From: Lama guanicoe
Lineage: Eukaryota
Direction of reading: 5' to 3'
Assembly (NCBI GenBank): GCA_013239625.1
Contig: MU056000.1
Location: 682,001 to 746,000, forward strand
Length of the DNA stretch: 64,000 nucleotides
Position 1 is the stretch's first letter. Each line of letters begins with the position of its first letter. Positions 43,163 to 56,190 of this stretch are shown piece after piece. Both the position numbers and the translations under genes were made by a program. Below the pieces are notes generated by a model that saw only the letters and a program-made list of their open reading frames with translations, had not been told where the DNA came from and searched no databases.

Positions 43163-46100
43163 CTGCAATGGGGTCCAGGGCACGTCACGCCTGGCTGGCG
43201 AGGGAGGGAGGCCAGTCCTCAGTGCCCGATGACCAACACGCGGCAGTTGGGAGTGTACGGCTGTCTGGTGCCCTCCTGGTGGTTCTGTAACCGTCAGGCC
43301 CGAGCTCTGCTCTCACGGCCCACAGGAGGACGAGGACAGCTGTGCCAGAGTAGAGGCAGGGCCGGGACCCCCACCCACAGACTTCGACGCGGAGCGCAGC
43401 ACAGGGGCCAGGCGGCGGCCGCCTGCCTGTTCCGCCAGAGCAGCTCCAGCCACACGCTTCGGGGAGAGACGCTCACAGGGGTACAGATCACTCGGACAGA
43501 AACTGGGCCCTAACCTGGGCAACACACGCCACCCAACAGCTGCCTTCCCTGCGGGCAGGCCCGGGTGCGAGCGTGTGCAGACGCGCCCATCCACCCCGCA
43601 CAGCCGCGCCTCGGCCCACGCTCACCACCGCTGGTAGAGGTAGACGAGGAACACCACGTCGTCCCTGAAGCAGGCCAGCCGGTGGGAGGTGGGCATGGTG
43701 ATGATGAAGGCGAAGACGTCGTCAATGAAGGTGTTGAAGGCCTGCGTGGGGGCAGGGCCGTGAGACGGACGTGCTGCCCCCCCGCGCCCGCCTGAGCTAC
43801 CGGGCGCGTCGTCCCCCAGCACCTGCACCGCCGACTCGAGCCTCAGAGCTGCCCCACAAAGCAGGGAGCCAGCAAGGGGGCCCTGGTGCCCTGACACCCG
43901 CCCGGCTCAGACCCCACAGCCGGGTACTCCCTACCCGGTTCCCCACACCCGGGACCTAGAACTGCCTGGGAACCCAGGGTGACGACACGGTGCAGCCTGT
44001 CCAGGAACAGCTGTTTTGCTCAGAAAACCGAAGGAATTTTAACCGCCCCCCACCCCAACACCGAGGCTCTAATTCACAGCCGGGTCATGTGTCCCAGCAG
44101 CACCAGAGGGCCACAGGGTCCAGCCTCCCTGCGTGTGGGACCGGCCACAACGCACCCAGACTGGCCGGGGGGTGAGCAGACCCACTGTCTGGGTTGACGT
44201 GGAGCCAGCACCCTGGACGCCAGGCCATGGGTACTTGTCTGTCCTCAGCTAACAACTGCCGAGAAACAACACGGCTTTTAACTCAAGGGGACATCTGCTG
44301 CTGCTGTGACAAACGCGGACCTTTAAAGTCCCCACGGTAACTTCAGAGCTTTCTAAGGGGGACCCCCAAACATTCCCCCAGGAGTGCAGCCCAAGGGCGA
44401 GTGTGTGTGGCCTCAGCAGGTGAAGCACTGACCTTGTAGGTGAAGGCCTTCCAGGGCAGGTGCGCCACTGACTTCATCTGGGGACAGGAGACAGGGCGCG
44501 TCAGGGACTGGGCACATGGGGACAGGGACCGTGGGGACAGGGGCGTCTTACCTTGTAGTTCACGAAGAGCTGGGGCAGCATGAACAGGAAGCCAAAAGCG
44601 TAGACCCCTGGGGAGACAGACGCGGCGCGGAGACTTGTGCGCATGACCAGCCGACCTGCGCATCTCTGGGCAACAGGACCACCCACACCCGCAGCGTGGG
44701 CACCCCAGTGAACCACCCCCACGCCCAGGGGCCGAGCCGGTGCTGGGGGCTGTGACAGGGCTCCTGCCCCGCACCTGGTGATCACGGCCCTCCTGCTGTG
44801 TGGACGGCCCAGCTGGCCCCTAACTGCCACCAGAAAGCAGTGTGGTCAGGACAGGCCTGGAGAGCAGGCGGGCTGGGACCCTTGTGCTCTAAGGTAGCAT
44901 TTACAGTCCGGGGAACTGCTCCCTGAAGAGCACGCCGCCCCCGGCTGGTCTTGCAGACACACCGGGCCACACGGGGCCTAGCGTGGGGCGGGGCAGGGCC
45001 TGGCGGGGAGCCTCGCACCGCCCTGGGGTCACGCAGCAGTGCGACAAAGGAACATGCGGCCAACGCTGAGGCTGAGGCGGGAGACGCAGGACTCACCATT
45101 GACGAAGCTGTTGATCAACCAGGAGTACCAGCTGGAAGGGAAGAGGCGGTGAGGGGCGGCTGCGCCCATGTTGGCAGTTAATGGCTGCACCCCTTGCCCT
45201 CGCCCGAGGCCCTGCCCAGACGCTGCTGTGACAGCTGCTTCCCGGGAGCGCCCACCGAGGCGCGGGTGGAGATGCAGCCCCAACAGGCTTTTCCCCCCAA
45301 GACTTCCAGGGGGAGGGGAACCACAGCCAACTGCGCAGAGCCGTCAGGGCCGCAGGCTGTGCATTCAGTTCTGCTCCCACAAATGTTCCCGACCCCGCGA
45401 GGCCCGGGGTCAGCCCAGCCACCGTCCACGCTGCAGCGATGATGCACAGCGGCAGGCGGCCCGTCACTGTGGGCACCCGGGCAGCGGGCTCTCACCTCTT
45501 GTACTTGACGTTCAGCAGAGAGTAGGCGGCGCCCCCGACACACAGCGGATAGAGAAGGTAAGACAGGTACCTCATGGCCTGCAGCCAACAGAGACTTGTC
45601 AGCGCCGCCGCCAGGCCCGCGCAGGCGCCGCTCACTACACTGCAGACAGAGGGCGCACGCCCGGGAGCCCAGCGGCCGGCCTGCGCGAGGCTGTGCTGGA
45701 GGACAGCGCACATCTGTCCAGACCTCAGGGCGTCCCCACCGCGACCACATGGCAGCAGGACGCGTCCGCGCGGGGCCAGAACCGGCCACACTGACAACCC
45801 TCAGGCCAGCGAGCAAGTGTCTCAGACAGGACTCTGGAGAAACGCTCCCAGAGCCGGTGTCCAACTGCCTTCTAGCAGACATGCTTCATCACTGTTTGTT
45901 CTGATCTAAACTTTTTCAAATTCCCCCCAAAACTAGGAGGCAGGCGATGCCCCCTAAACCGGAAAACACAATCATCCCTGTGCGGGAAGTGCTACGTGAA
46001 ATCCAGCTGAAACCTGCGGGTTCCCACGGTGGGGAAAGCGATGGCCTCAGGACATGGGGGCCCCTGGGAGGCCCACGGCCCCGTGACAGGCCCGCAGCCA

Positions 46101-49100
46101 CACACAGGGGACCGGCCCAGCCGCCCTCCTCCCAAGGGGGAGTCGCCGCAGGACCCCGCCCAGCGCGCAGCTCTGCCCACCTGAGTGTCGTACTCCTCAG
46201 TCTTCCTCTCAGACTCGCTGTACGTGCCAAACTGTTGTGACATTCAACACAGTCGTGTTAATTAACTGGCCAAACAGGCATCAGAGGCTGTGCCCGGAGC
46301 TGAGTGTGGCTGACGTGGAAGCCCCCCAACTTCAGAGCACGGGGCGCAGAGGCCCCGACCCACCAGCCCCATCGCCCGACGTGGCCAGAAGCAGCCCGCC
46401 ACGTGCCTCACTCCTCGCGGCCACTTCCTGTCCCCAGTCCCGCTGGGTTTGCAGTGAAAACATTGCTCTTAAATCAGTAAAGGTGGGTCACTGGCCTTAG
46501 AACAAAACAAACTGCACCCCATCTCCAGGTGTCCCGCCCTCGACCTGGAAACCTGAAGGCCACGCAGACTAAGGTTCCTTGATTTAAGCCCATCGTGAGA
46601 AGAGGAGTGAGGGCCCCGACCAGAAACCTCATACTGACATCCAGCCCCACCCAATCTTCCCAGGAAGCTAGTGACCCCCAGCACAGCCGTGTGGGACCAG
46701 CGTGGACCGTGCTGCGGGCAGCAGCACACCTGCTGCAGGAGCGGGAAGCATGGATGCCACACCTGCACCTGGCCAGCCAGCATCCTGTCTTGTTAGGGAG
46801 GTGGGAGAGCAGCTTGCATGCGGGCAGGGCCAGGCCTGGGACCCCAGGGTAGTGAGAACGCCCAGGTCGCTGGTGGGCAGAGCTGCAGAGCGGTGACCCG
46901 CCCCACCCTCCCCGCTCCCAGACGCCTGTGTTCCCACCAGTCCGCAGACAAGAGATCAGTGAGTGACCAAGTGACGCTCGCCTGCCCTCACGTCCCACAT
47001 CCGCTGGGGACATAGCTGAGAAACGTGACAGCAGACAACCTGGCCCCGCGAGCGGGCCGGCCGGAGAGGAGGTGGGGCGCAGAACCCGGAGGACGGGAGG
47101 GTTCCGACGGCAGAGCTCCCACCTGAAACGTGGGCCTCAGGCCCCTCCAGACGACCGTCATCTTCAAGGCCTTCTTCACTTTCCACAGCTGAGGGGGAAC
47201 GAAGAGTGGGCGATGAGGTTCCGGGACCAGGGGGAGGCCACGGCACACTCAGGGCCGGCTCAGGGCCCCACACCCCTGCCCACCTGATGGCGCCGCTTCC
47301 CTCTGCTGCTCACACTCACGGCATCCAGCCTGTCCGCCCACATGGACCCAGCCACCTGCTCGGCGCCACCGGGACGGCACCAGCTGGGCTGTCCTCCTCT
47401 GGCCAAGTTCTCTCCCTGCTCCTCTGCACTCAGCCAGCTCGCCCCACCCTGCCTGCTTCCAAATTAGCCTCAGCACCTTCCCCTGGTACCTGGGAGACCC
47501 CAGCCCCATGTCCTGCCATTGTGGGGTCTCTCCAGGACCGACCCCACGGGCCGCCTCGCTAAGACAGGACAAGCACAACGGCCCGTGAGGTTGGTGTCTG
47601 TGCAGTGACTTGTGGCCATGGGAGGGTCCCAGCCAGCCGCAGGCAGGGCCTGGGACACGCAGAGCGGGGAGATCCTGGCCGGCCACCCCTTCACTGCTCC
47701 TGTGCCCCAACCCCAGCTCCACTCTCGGCCCCGAGTGCCCCAGACCCACAAGGCTGCTTTCCCTGAGCCCCATACAACCAGCAGGTCACGGGGCGCCTGC
47801 CTGCCACGTGTCTCCGGGACGGCACCCAGCACAGCCAGAGCCATGGGGTGAACATGACCTGCGGGAAGATGGGAGGAGCCCAAGCTTCCAGACGACAAGA
47901 AACACAGGGCAGTCTGCTGCTCTGGCCGGCAGCCGCGCCCGTGCCCTCCGAGGGGGCCCCACCCTCCTCGGCCAGGGATGTGGGTTCCGACAGCACCGGG
48001 GCTGAGGCCCAGGGACAGCCACACATGGGAGCTCAGACCACACAAGCCCTGGGGGCGACGCACCTCGATGGCGGCTCCAATGCCCGCAGGGACCAGCACC
48101 AGCAGGCTCGTCTGCTCGTCCAGCAGGAACAGGAAGATGACCACCGTGCTGAAGCAGCGCCAGAGCACTAGGGGCAGAGAGAGGGGCTGAGTGGGCGGGG
48201 CTGAGCGGGGGTGGGGGGCGCACGCGTGCAGCTTCAACCACGCTTCCCCTCCATCCACTGAAAGGGAACAGCGGGCCACGTGCAGCCACGGGAGGTGTGA
48301 AATGACTGAAGGGCTGGACCGCAGAAGGCACTCGGCTGGTGTGGCAGTTACACTTGTACACACAGCTGCACAGACCCACGGAGGAAACCGGCTCCTGACT
48401 CGATCACAGCCCTGCCTCCCCAGGTCCAGCCCCACACGTTCCTGCTTTCACGCTGAGTCTATGATCCCGAGTTTGTTTTAAAACCTGCCCGTCCTTTCAG
48501 GCTGTGCTCCAGGCCCTGCCGTGCACCCCTCTCGGGGGAGGTCAGGCCCAGGGACACACACTGCTCACGCCACAGCCTGAAAAGGCTGGGGGCGGGGGGG
48601 CACCCAAGCACCCAGACCACCCCTCAGTGTTATTCCCACGGGATGAAGAGAACGGCCTCCCTCATCTGAGACTCAGCTTGGCGGCCACAGGAGACCACGA
48701 CCCGACACATGGCACTGAGAGCCAGCACCTGTGCCACCTGTCACCCGGGCGGGGCCCCGTCCTCCGCGGTCGCAGGCTCACACGGCCGGGCTGTTAGGAA
48801 GCGGGCTCCAAGGCACCTCGTGAACGAGAGGCGGTCACACAGCACAGGCCCCACGAGAAGCGGCGGGCCTGCGGTGCTGGGGGGGCGCGCTCTGTGGCCG
48901 GGGGCCCTGGGCACCCACCTGCCTTGGAGGACATGCCGGTCATGCTCTTTTTCTTCTTCCAGAAGCTGATGTCATTTTTAAATGCCAGGAAGTCAAAGAG
49001 CAGCTGAAGGAAGACGAGACGGCAAGCGGCCCCTCAGGCTCTCCCTGCTGCTCTGCCCCGAGACGCCACAGCTCAGGAAAACCCACGTCTCCCTGCACAG

Positions 49101-52100
49101 CTCAGGCCAGTCTCAGTCCGACTGGCGGCCGACTGCCAGGCCTGTGCCTTGAGGCCCCCCCACCCCGCGACACCTCTGCCTGTCCCACAGGGACCCTACC
49201 GGTGGGCCTGGTTTGTCACTGCGAGAATTGCCACATTAGACCCTACCCAAGCAAACGCTTGTTCTACAAATCATTCATCCATCTTGTTGGTTTTGAATTC
49301 TTTTCAAAACGGCTTCCAAAACCAGCAGACAAAACCCCTTGTCCCATAGGTGCTCAGGGCCTGAGGTGCGGGGGAAGGAAGTCCCGGCGTGCAGACCACA
49401 CGGCCCAGCTAGGGAGCTGCCCACGCGTGCCCGGCCTTCCCAGGACCACTCACGTGAAACGCTGCCACGAAGAACGTCAAGGCCAGGAAGTACAGATTGG
49501 TGTCCACGAAGATCCCTTTCACCTCGTCTGCGTCCTTCTCGGAAAACCCTGTGGAGAAGGAGACCCCACATGAGCCGGGGGACCACGAGCGACGTGGGAG
49601 CCCCGAAGGCGGGATCTGCGCCGTGTTGGCAGGAGCTCCCAGTCAAAAGGGGTCTGTTATGTAAAGTGCGACTAGACAGACCCCCAGGTGCTCCGGGAGA
49701 ACGTCCTCACGGACGCCTGCACTCCCAGAGTGGAACCGGAGTGAGGAACCTGCATCTCAGGCTCCAGCCTGCCAGGTTTGCGGGGAACCACCCCCCACCC
49801 CAGGGCGGCCCACCCGGCGTCCTCACCGAACTGCTGCAGCGAGAACACAGCGTCCTGCATGTGGATCCAGAAGCGCAGCCTCCCTAGCGAGATCCTGTCG
49901 TAGCACACGGTGAGGGGCAGCTCCGTGGTGGAGCGGTTGATGACCTGGCAGGAAGGGCGGTCATGAGGGCCATCTGGCCACACACCCCAGGCCTGCCCTA
50001 GGCTCTGCTCCGACCCAGACCCACGCAGCCACGGTGGATCTGGCTGGATCCAAGGCCAGTCTCCCACCTTCGCCCCTCCTCCCCTACCCGGGGTCCCATC
50101 CCCATGCTGTCCTCTTGGAACCAAGCAGGGCACCTCCTCCAGGAAGCCCTCCCAGCCCTCTCCGAGCGGCCAGCACTCATCCCCTCTCAATGACCTGACC
50201 CGTGTGTGTCTCATATGTGTCACAGCCCCATGAGCTGGGGCTTTGTGGGTGTGCACGGCACCACCAGCAGCCTGTGTCTCCGGGTTGAGCACCAGCCTGC
50301 AGGAGCCTCAGCCTCTCCCCAGGATGGACATGAGAGGGTGGCTGTGAGACCCTGCCTGCACATAGGGTCGAGCGCTCGGGAGAGGCTGCACTTGGGACAG
50401 CAGGGCAGGGCAGTCACACGCACTGGGACAGCGGGAGCTTCAGGAAGAGGTGGCACCTGAGCTGAGCTCTTGAGTGTGCACAGAACTGACGTGTGTGTGG
50501 GAAGGGGGGAAGTGGGGAGAGCAGTAACCCCTCCACAGGAGCGCCACATCCCACGGCACCGCGTGGCAGGGTGCGGTCTGCTCCCTGGGCCCCACTTCAC
50601 TCACGACACTCACAGCAGACAGTGAGTGGCAGGAGCCCGGCAACCAGATGGGCCAGGATGGACTGGACACCCAGCCCTGACGTTGGTCCCCCATCCCCTG
50701 GGCAGCACACCAGCCTCGGCAGGCAGGTGGCAGGCCAGGCCCGTCCGGGGGCACTGTCTAGGCCCTGTCACCCCAGTGAGCTTGTGTCTCTCCAAAGACA
50801 GCATTCCCTCTGAAAGGTGGCTCCAAGCGAGACCAAGGACTACTGGCCAGAGAAATGGTCTGGGAGGGAGCCCGCTGGGTGCGCACGACTCTGTGTCTGA
50901 ACACAGCACTGCTGATGCCAGGCCTTTGACTAAACTGCATCCCCCAGGTGGTCACAAGAACAGAGGTGCCTCCAGCAACCCGGGCAGACTGTCTCTCCCC
51001 ACAGCCTCCCAAGGGCCTGCATGGGGCCGGCTCCAAGGGCCTTGCTGGCTGTGACCGACAGCCCCTCGCACCCAAGGCACTGTGCGAGTCAGCAGAACCC
51101 AGTGCAGCTGAGGTCTGCCCGCGGTGCAGGCCAGAAAACGCTGGGTAGGGGACCTCAGCTGGAGAGGTCACCTAAACAGGCCCCCGCGCAACAGGGACAC
51201 ACCTCCACAGAGAGCAAGCCACCAACACGGCAGGACAGTCCCAGAGGAGGCAGGCTTTGCCGAGACTTTCCTGACGAGCACGTGGCCTCGTGTGAAGACA
51301 GGAGCTGTGCACCCGCCATCCACACACTGAACCAAGGGTCCTTCCAGAGCCCTTCACTGGGCGTGCGAGACACAGGCAGGGGGTGCCGATCAGCAGCAAC
51401 CCCGAGCCCCCTGAAACACGCAGGAGCAGCGGGTCCAGGGAGTGACACCCACTCACCACGAGGTCCTTCACGCGGTTGCTGAGCTGGTCAATGAAGAGGA
51501 TGGGCAGGTAGTGCACAGTCTTCCCCAGCTGGACCCTGGGGGTCAGATTTGGAGTCGCCTCACAACCTGCACCCCCAGGACTAAAGGCGCCTCAGAGACG
51601 CCGGCTGTGCCTCTCAGGATCCCCCGACTCCCAGCGTCTGCAGTCACTTGTCACAACAGTGGAGGACATGCCTCCCTGAGGGAAGCATGGGGTCCTCACA
51701 AGCTCTGCTGTTTCCCCGCCCAGCCGCAGCCCTGGGTGGGAGACCCCAGGGCCACCAGAAGGAGGGTGAGACAACGGGGACCTGGGACACGGTGGAACAA
51801 CATCCAGGTGGCAAAGAGCACGGGGCCACCTGCACTGACGTGGGTGGCCCGTGATGTGGTGAGAAGCGCCTCCACCCTCGGCGCCCGGGAGCGGGCAGGG
51901 GCCTTGCCCCAGTGCTCCGGCTGCTGCTTTCACACTGGGAACTAGGGGAATGCGTTACACACTCGAAGATGAGAGTTAAATTTTACAAAAGGGAAAACCT
52001 GATGACGAGACCCCTGGAGCCACTGGGAAATCAACAAGGGGACAGTTCTTATCACAGCTGTTTCCAGGTGACAGGTCATGACTTAACGGGGCCCCATGGT

Positions 52101-55100
52101 GCAGAGTCACGGGATTATGCAGGCTGGTGCATCTGCCAGCTGTACTTACGGGGGAAACTGACAGTGACAGGAGATCTGAGGACAAAGGTTTAGGCAACCA
52201 TAAGCGAGTCAGAGGCAACGGGCCAGCTGGCAGCTCATGGAGTGAATGAGTGGGGCTCAGAGCTGGGCAGGAAAGCACATCTGACAGTGTCCCTCCCGCA
52301 GCCTGGCCCTAGGCTCGGTGCCGGACAGCGACACTTACATCTTCATGTATCGATGCACGTCGGCAGGCAGGGAGGCGCCGTCAAAAACAAAATCATCCAC
52401 CATCACGTTCAGGGTCAGCCTTGGTCTCCAGTGAGAAACGGGCTCATCCAGGGCACTTGTCGGCTTCTTCTCAGCTTCGATCTGCTGCTTAATAAAAGGG
52501 TGACTTAGCAGGAGGGGCCCAGGGCGCAGGGCGGAGGCAGGGCGGCTCGGGCAGCAAGGCGGCCAGCACCTCCCCTGGAACAGCCCCCGAGCCAGGATGC
52601 CCGACCAGCGCGGAAGCAGCGGGGACCCTCAGCTGCCAGCTCCTGGACTCCTACAGCCCTCAGCAGAAGCTGAAGTGAAACTTTTGTCACATGTATCTCC
52701 CAACTCCTGGTCTGGGTCCTCATTCTGAGTAGGGACCTGAGAAGGACAAGTCCCTGGGCCAGCAGGGGGAGGGGCAGGAAATCTGGAGCTAAGAGGCCTG
52801 TGGTGTGCGAGGAGCCTGAGTGGGAGATGCTTCTAAACCAGCTACGTCCAGCTGCCTGGAGGGGGATGTGTCCACGACTGGATGTCAGCCCTAAACATCA
52901 CTACATTCAGAAACAGTCTGATGTGCAGGAAACCTTTATTTCAGATGGAATTGATAAGTCCTATGAAGCACTATCACTTTATTTATCTCCTACCTAAACC
53001 TACAGTTCAGCTACAATGACTTACAAAAAAGGTGGCTTTCTGAGGAACAGAGACAACTAATGTATACTCAGCCCCATATGTGTCACAGACTCCTTCATAC
53101 CCTCCACGCCCGCCGCCTCACTGACTCTCCAGGAAGGCCCCCGGGATGAAGCGTCACGTGGGCCCCGAAAAGGGAACAAGGGGTCTTTCCAAGGGCGCAC
53201 AGCATGAGGCAGCTCCACAGACACTTTCTGGAGCGCTGCCATCTCTCTGTGATGACCTCGTCTCCCACTCAACACAGGCCCCAACACCAGGATTCCTGCT
53301 TCACACTCCACTCTGCTAACGATCGCTTACATAGCCTCCCACCCTTCTTTGTACAGAGCTTGTGTGTGTGCATGAGAAATAATTTGTACATATGCCTCTT
53401 CCATAGTTCTGAGTTATACCCTCAGAATAAACATTCACACGCTGTCCTGTCCTATACACAGTGTACCATCTCGCAAGGAGAAGGGACAGAGGAAAGGTTT
53501 TTGACTGCAGCTGAGCTCCACAGAAGAGGCTGTCCCGAACCCCCGGGGACACACACACTCTCTGGGGCCTGAGAAGGAACCTGGGTAAAGGAAGTCACTG
53601 AACTCCTTAAACTGCATGTCACTAATTTGATGTAAAATTTATCTCCAAAACAATGAGGAATCGTTGAGCTGAGAGGTTTGCACACCAATAACGTCAGACG
53701 GCTTTCCTTTCTAGCAGTCCAGCCCCAGCTGCAAACTGCACATGCAGACACGCGTGCGAGAACTCCAGGGAGGGTGAGCAGCTTCGTTCAGCTGGTAGGT
53801 AACCTGATGGAGATACCCACCTGAGTAGCAGACTCCCCAGTGAGCAGATTGACCTCTTCTGGTTTGGGGACCATGTAGGTGGTCAGAGGGCTCACCAGGT
53901 GCACCTGCTTCCCATCCTGCCACGGGAGAATGCCCGCATGGTGGAGGAAGATGTAGGCATACAGCGTCCCGTTATTTCTGGTTTTCTTTGGCACAGAAAC
54001 ATTAACTGTCCTGAAACAAATGACAATTCAACCACCTACATTTTACGTTCTGCGTACACACACGGTGGAGACCACTCAAGTACCCTTATAAATAACGTCT
54101 GAAACTGCACAACTAATTTTTGCTGAAAGTACTAAAAATGAAACCCACCTGCCTAGACACCACTGAAATCCTAACCTTGGACATTTACGAAACGTTCTGA
54201 AAGTCCTGCACTTCCTGCCCCGTTTCCCAGGCTCGGGAGTCAGAACTCACTGCATGCCCAGGCTAACCAGGCCAACTCCAAGCCCGAGTGCCCTCTGCCT
54301 GCTGCACTGCCGCCCAAAGACGTACACTCTTGACAAGCACATCATTTTTAACCATTTTAAAAATTACCTCGCTGAAATTCAAAACACGAGAACCATAGGT
54401 TAAATGCAACTTTAAGAACTCACTTTATGCATCTGAACACTTAAACACTGCTTGGTCCGTTGTTATACAATATTTCACTTCATTACGATTTTCTGCTAAA
54501 TTCTTTCCTCCATCCCTTCTCCTTCCCTGACAGGAGGCCCAACTGAGCCACTTGCACCAGGAAGACAAGCTGTTTGCTGCGGGAAACTGTACAAGGTCTG
54601 TCCCCAACTTCATCCCCGCCACAGCACCTGCTCCTCTGGAAACCCCCATGGCTGCGCTGATCCCGGCCATCAGCGTCGGCTGCCGTAATCCACTTCCTAG
54701 ATGATAAACGACACCTGCCACTTTCAAGTGAAACCAAAGTCCGACTGTTTGTGTACCACACACATCTGCAGGTAAAGCAGGAGATGGCAGGTGACACTGC
54801 TTCTCTGAGGTCACCCCTCACATGCAGAATGCTGACTTTTCCACCATCTCAACGATAATGACGTTTTCCCGTCACTCAGTCCACATCCATACCTTTCAAA
54901 TTTGGACTGCACGTCAAAGTCCTCCACGTTCAAGACCAGATCCACGTTGTTCTCTGCACCCAGGTTGGACCGCGTGGTGGTGTACACGCTGAGCTGGAAG
55001 GGACGCCAAGAAAGTCAGCTGGGCAAGACCCCTGGCGGAAAGCACACGCGGCAAACAGCGACTGGAGGGAGGGACACGCACCAGCTACCACGGGGGAAGG

Positions 55101-55542
55101 TGCACCTTAACTCCCACCTGTGACAGGATGGCGGAGCGGACGTCCCTGCTGCAAGGGACACTGTGCTACAGTGTCTGACCCGCTTCATCAGCCGGGCAGG
55201 GGTACACCGACTCTGGGCGTCTTAAGACGGGGTGAAGACGGGCCCAGGGGCCCGCGTGCGGGAAGGGTCTTTAGGACACGGGGTGTGGAGTCCGGGTCCG
55301 GTTCAGGTGCGAAGGGCCTGGCCCCTGACCTCGCCCCGAAGTCAGAGGTCAGAGCTCAAGTGGGAGGAGCCTGCGCTCACCTGCAGCTTGGGCCTCCGCG
55401 CCAGGTAGGGCAGGATGCAGTTGCCGCCGCCGGCGCACGGGCGGGTGTAGACGATGCCATACATGACCCAGCAGGTGTGCACCACGTACACCACGAACAC
55501 GCCCACGACCAGGCTGGTGAAGGAGCTGCGGCCGCTCCACAT
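43090..55542 (-). CDS. CLPTM1L: CLPTM1-like protein (ER lipid scramblase, CRR9), complete, 17 exons, 1605 nt / 534 aa
   Basis: [125 protein letters not shown]. All introns GT-AG and the frame is continuous. Confidence 0.97.
43626..43741 (-). CDS. CLPTM1L: CLPTM1L exon 16 (116 nt)
   Basis: [38 protein letters not shown]|gtgagc. Confidence 0.94.
44433..44477 (-). CDS. CLPTM1L: CLPTM1L exon 15 (45 nt)
   Basis: [15 protein letters not shown]|gtcagt. Confidence 0.93.
44552..44607 (-). CDS. CLPTM1L: CLPTM1L exon 14 (56 nt)
   Basis: [18 protein letters not shown]|gtaaga. Confidence 0.93.
45097..45131 (-). CDS. CLPTM1L: CLPTM1L exon 13 (35 nt)
   Basis: [11 protein letters not shown]|gtgagt. Confidence 0.92.
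45496..45578 (-). CDS. CLPTM1L: CLPTM1L exon 12 (83 nt)
   Basis: [27 protein letters not shown]|gtgaga. Confidence 0.93.
46181..46231 (-). CDS. CLPTM1L: CLPTM1L exon 11 (51 nt)
   Basis: [17 protein letters not shown]|gtgggc. Confidence 0.93.
47123..47188 (-). CDS. CLPTM1L: CLPTM1L exon 10 (66 nt)
   Basis: [22 protein letters not shown]|gtggga. Confidence 0.93.
48064..48167 (-). CDS. CLPTM1L: CLPTM1L exon 9 (104 nt)
   Basis: [34 protein letters not shown]|gtgcgt. Confidence 0.94.
48919..49003 (-). CDS. CLPTM1L: CLPTM1L exon 8 (85 nt)
   Basis: [28 protein letters not shown]|gtgggt. Confidence 0.94.
49454..49548 (-). CDS. CLPTM1L: CLPTM1L exon 7 (95 nt)
   Basis: [31 protein letters not shown]|gtgagt. 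Confidence 0.94.
49827..49944 (-). CDS. CLPTM1L: CLPTM1L exon 6 (118 nt)
   Basis: [39 protein letters not shown]|gtgagg. Confidence 0.94.
51457..51535 (-). CDS. CLPTM1L: CLPTM1L exon 5 (79 nt)
   Basis: [26 protein letters not shown]|gtgagt. Confidence 0.93.
52339..52484 (-). CDS. CLPTM1L: CLPTM1L exon 4 (146 nt; tandem acceptor allows +/-3 nt)
   Basis: [48 protein letters not shown]|gtaagt. Confidence 0.9.
53821..54010 (-). CDS. CLPTM1L: CLPTM1L exon 3 (190 nt)
   Basis: [29 protein letters not shown]|gtgggt. Confidence 0.94.
54893..54993 (-). CDS. CLPTM1L: CLPTM1L exon 2 (101 nt)
   Basis: [33 protein letters not shown]|gtatgg. Confidence 0.93.
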
Positions 55543-56190
55543 GGCGCCGCCGCCGGGCCGGGCCCACCTCACTGCCGAGGGCCCCGCCGCCCGCCCGCAC
55601 GCTCCGGCCGCCGCCGCCGCTCACGCGAGAGCCGCCGCGCGTCGCCGCCACCTCCGGGGAACGAACCCGCCGCGCGCCGCGGGCTGCCCGCCGCCCCGCA
55701 TACTCCTGTCGCCGCCGCCGACCTGTCGCCCCGGGATTCGCCGCCCGCGCCGCTTCCGGGCCCTGCACCGTCCGCCGGAAGTGGGCGCGCCGCGCGGCCC
55801 CCTGGGAAGCGTAGTCCAGCCGCCGCCGCGCACGCACGCTACGTCAGGGGCGTGGTGTTACGTCACCCTCCCGCGCCGCCCTCCCGGCATGCCCTGCGGC
55901 GTCCGCGTGTTCGGGCTTCGGCCGGTCCTGGGGGGCGTCGGCGCGTGTCTTGAAGGCGGGTGTCGGGAGGCCGGGCTGCCCCCAGAGCGCCGGGCCCCCC
56001 AGCCGCCGCCCCCACCCGCTCTTCCTGTTTCCATCGAAGAGTCGGTAGAATCAGGGCCCTCGATTGCCTGGGGCCGCCGTGCCCGCTGGCCGGCCCTGCG
56101 CTGGAGAACGCCCCGCCCTCGTGTACGTCGGGGCGGGGGGGGGGGGGTCTCGCCTCTGCTGACTCAGCCAGAAGCGTTGCGAGGCGTTTA
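55240..56190. promoter_or_regulatory. CLPTM1L CpG-island housekeeping promoter
   Basis: Very CpG-rich. Inverted ETS/GABP sites CTTCCGG 55753-55759 and CCGGAAGT 55775-55782; ZNF143-like GGACTACGCTTCCC on minus at 55804-55817; CRE-like TACGTCA 55840-55846 and TTACGTCA 55858-55865. Confidence 0.8.
55381..55542 (-). CDS. CLPTM1L: CLPTM1L exon 1 coding part (162 nt)
   Basis: gcgccATGTGG..RPKLQ|gtgagc. Confidence 0.95.

Noticed and set aside
47470-48435. 321-aa ORF in CLPTM1L
   Set aside because: Only 48064-48167 (exon 9) is real; the flanks are intron read-through
52759-52772. CTCF-like CCAGCAGGGGG motifs (also near 6211)
   Set aside because: The 3' half does not match the consensus, and such strings are common at this GC content
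55543-55572. N-terminal extension of CLPTM1L (MRWARPGGGA) in the ORF track
   Set aside because: Starts at GTG; the ATG at 55542 has good Kozak context (gcgccATG) and matches the known N-terminus
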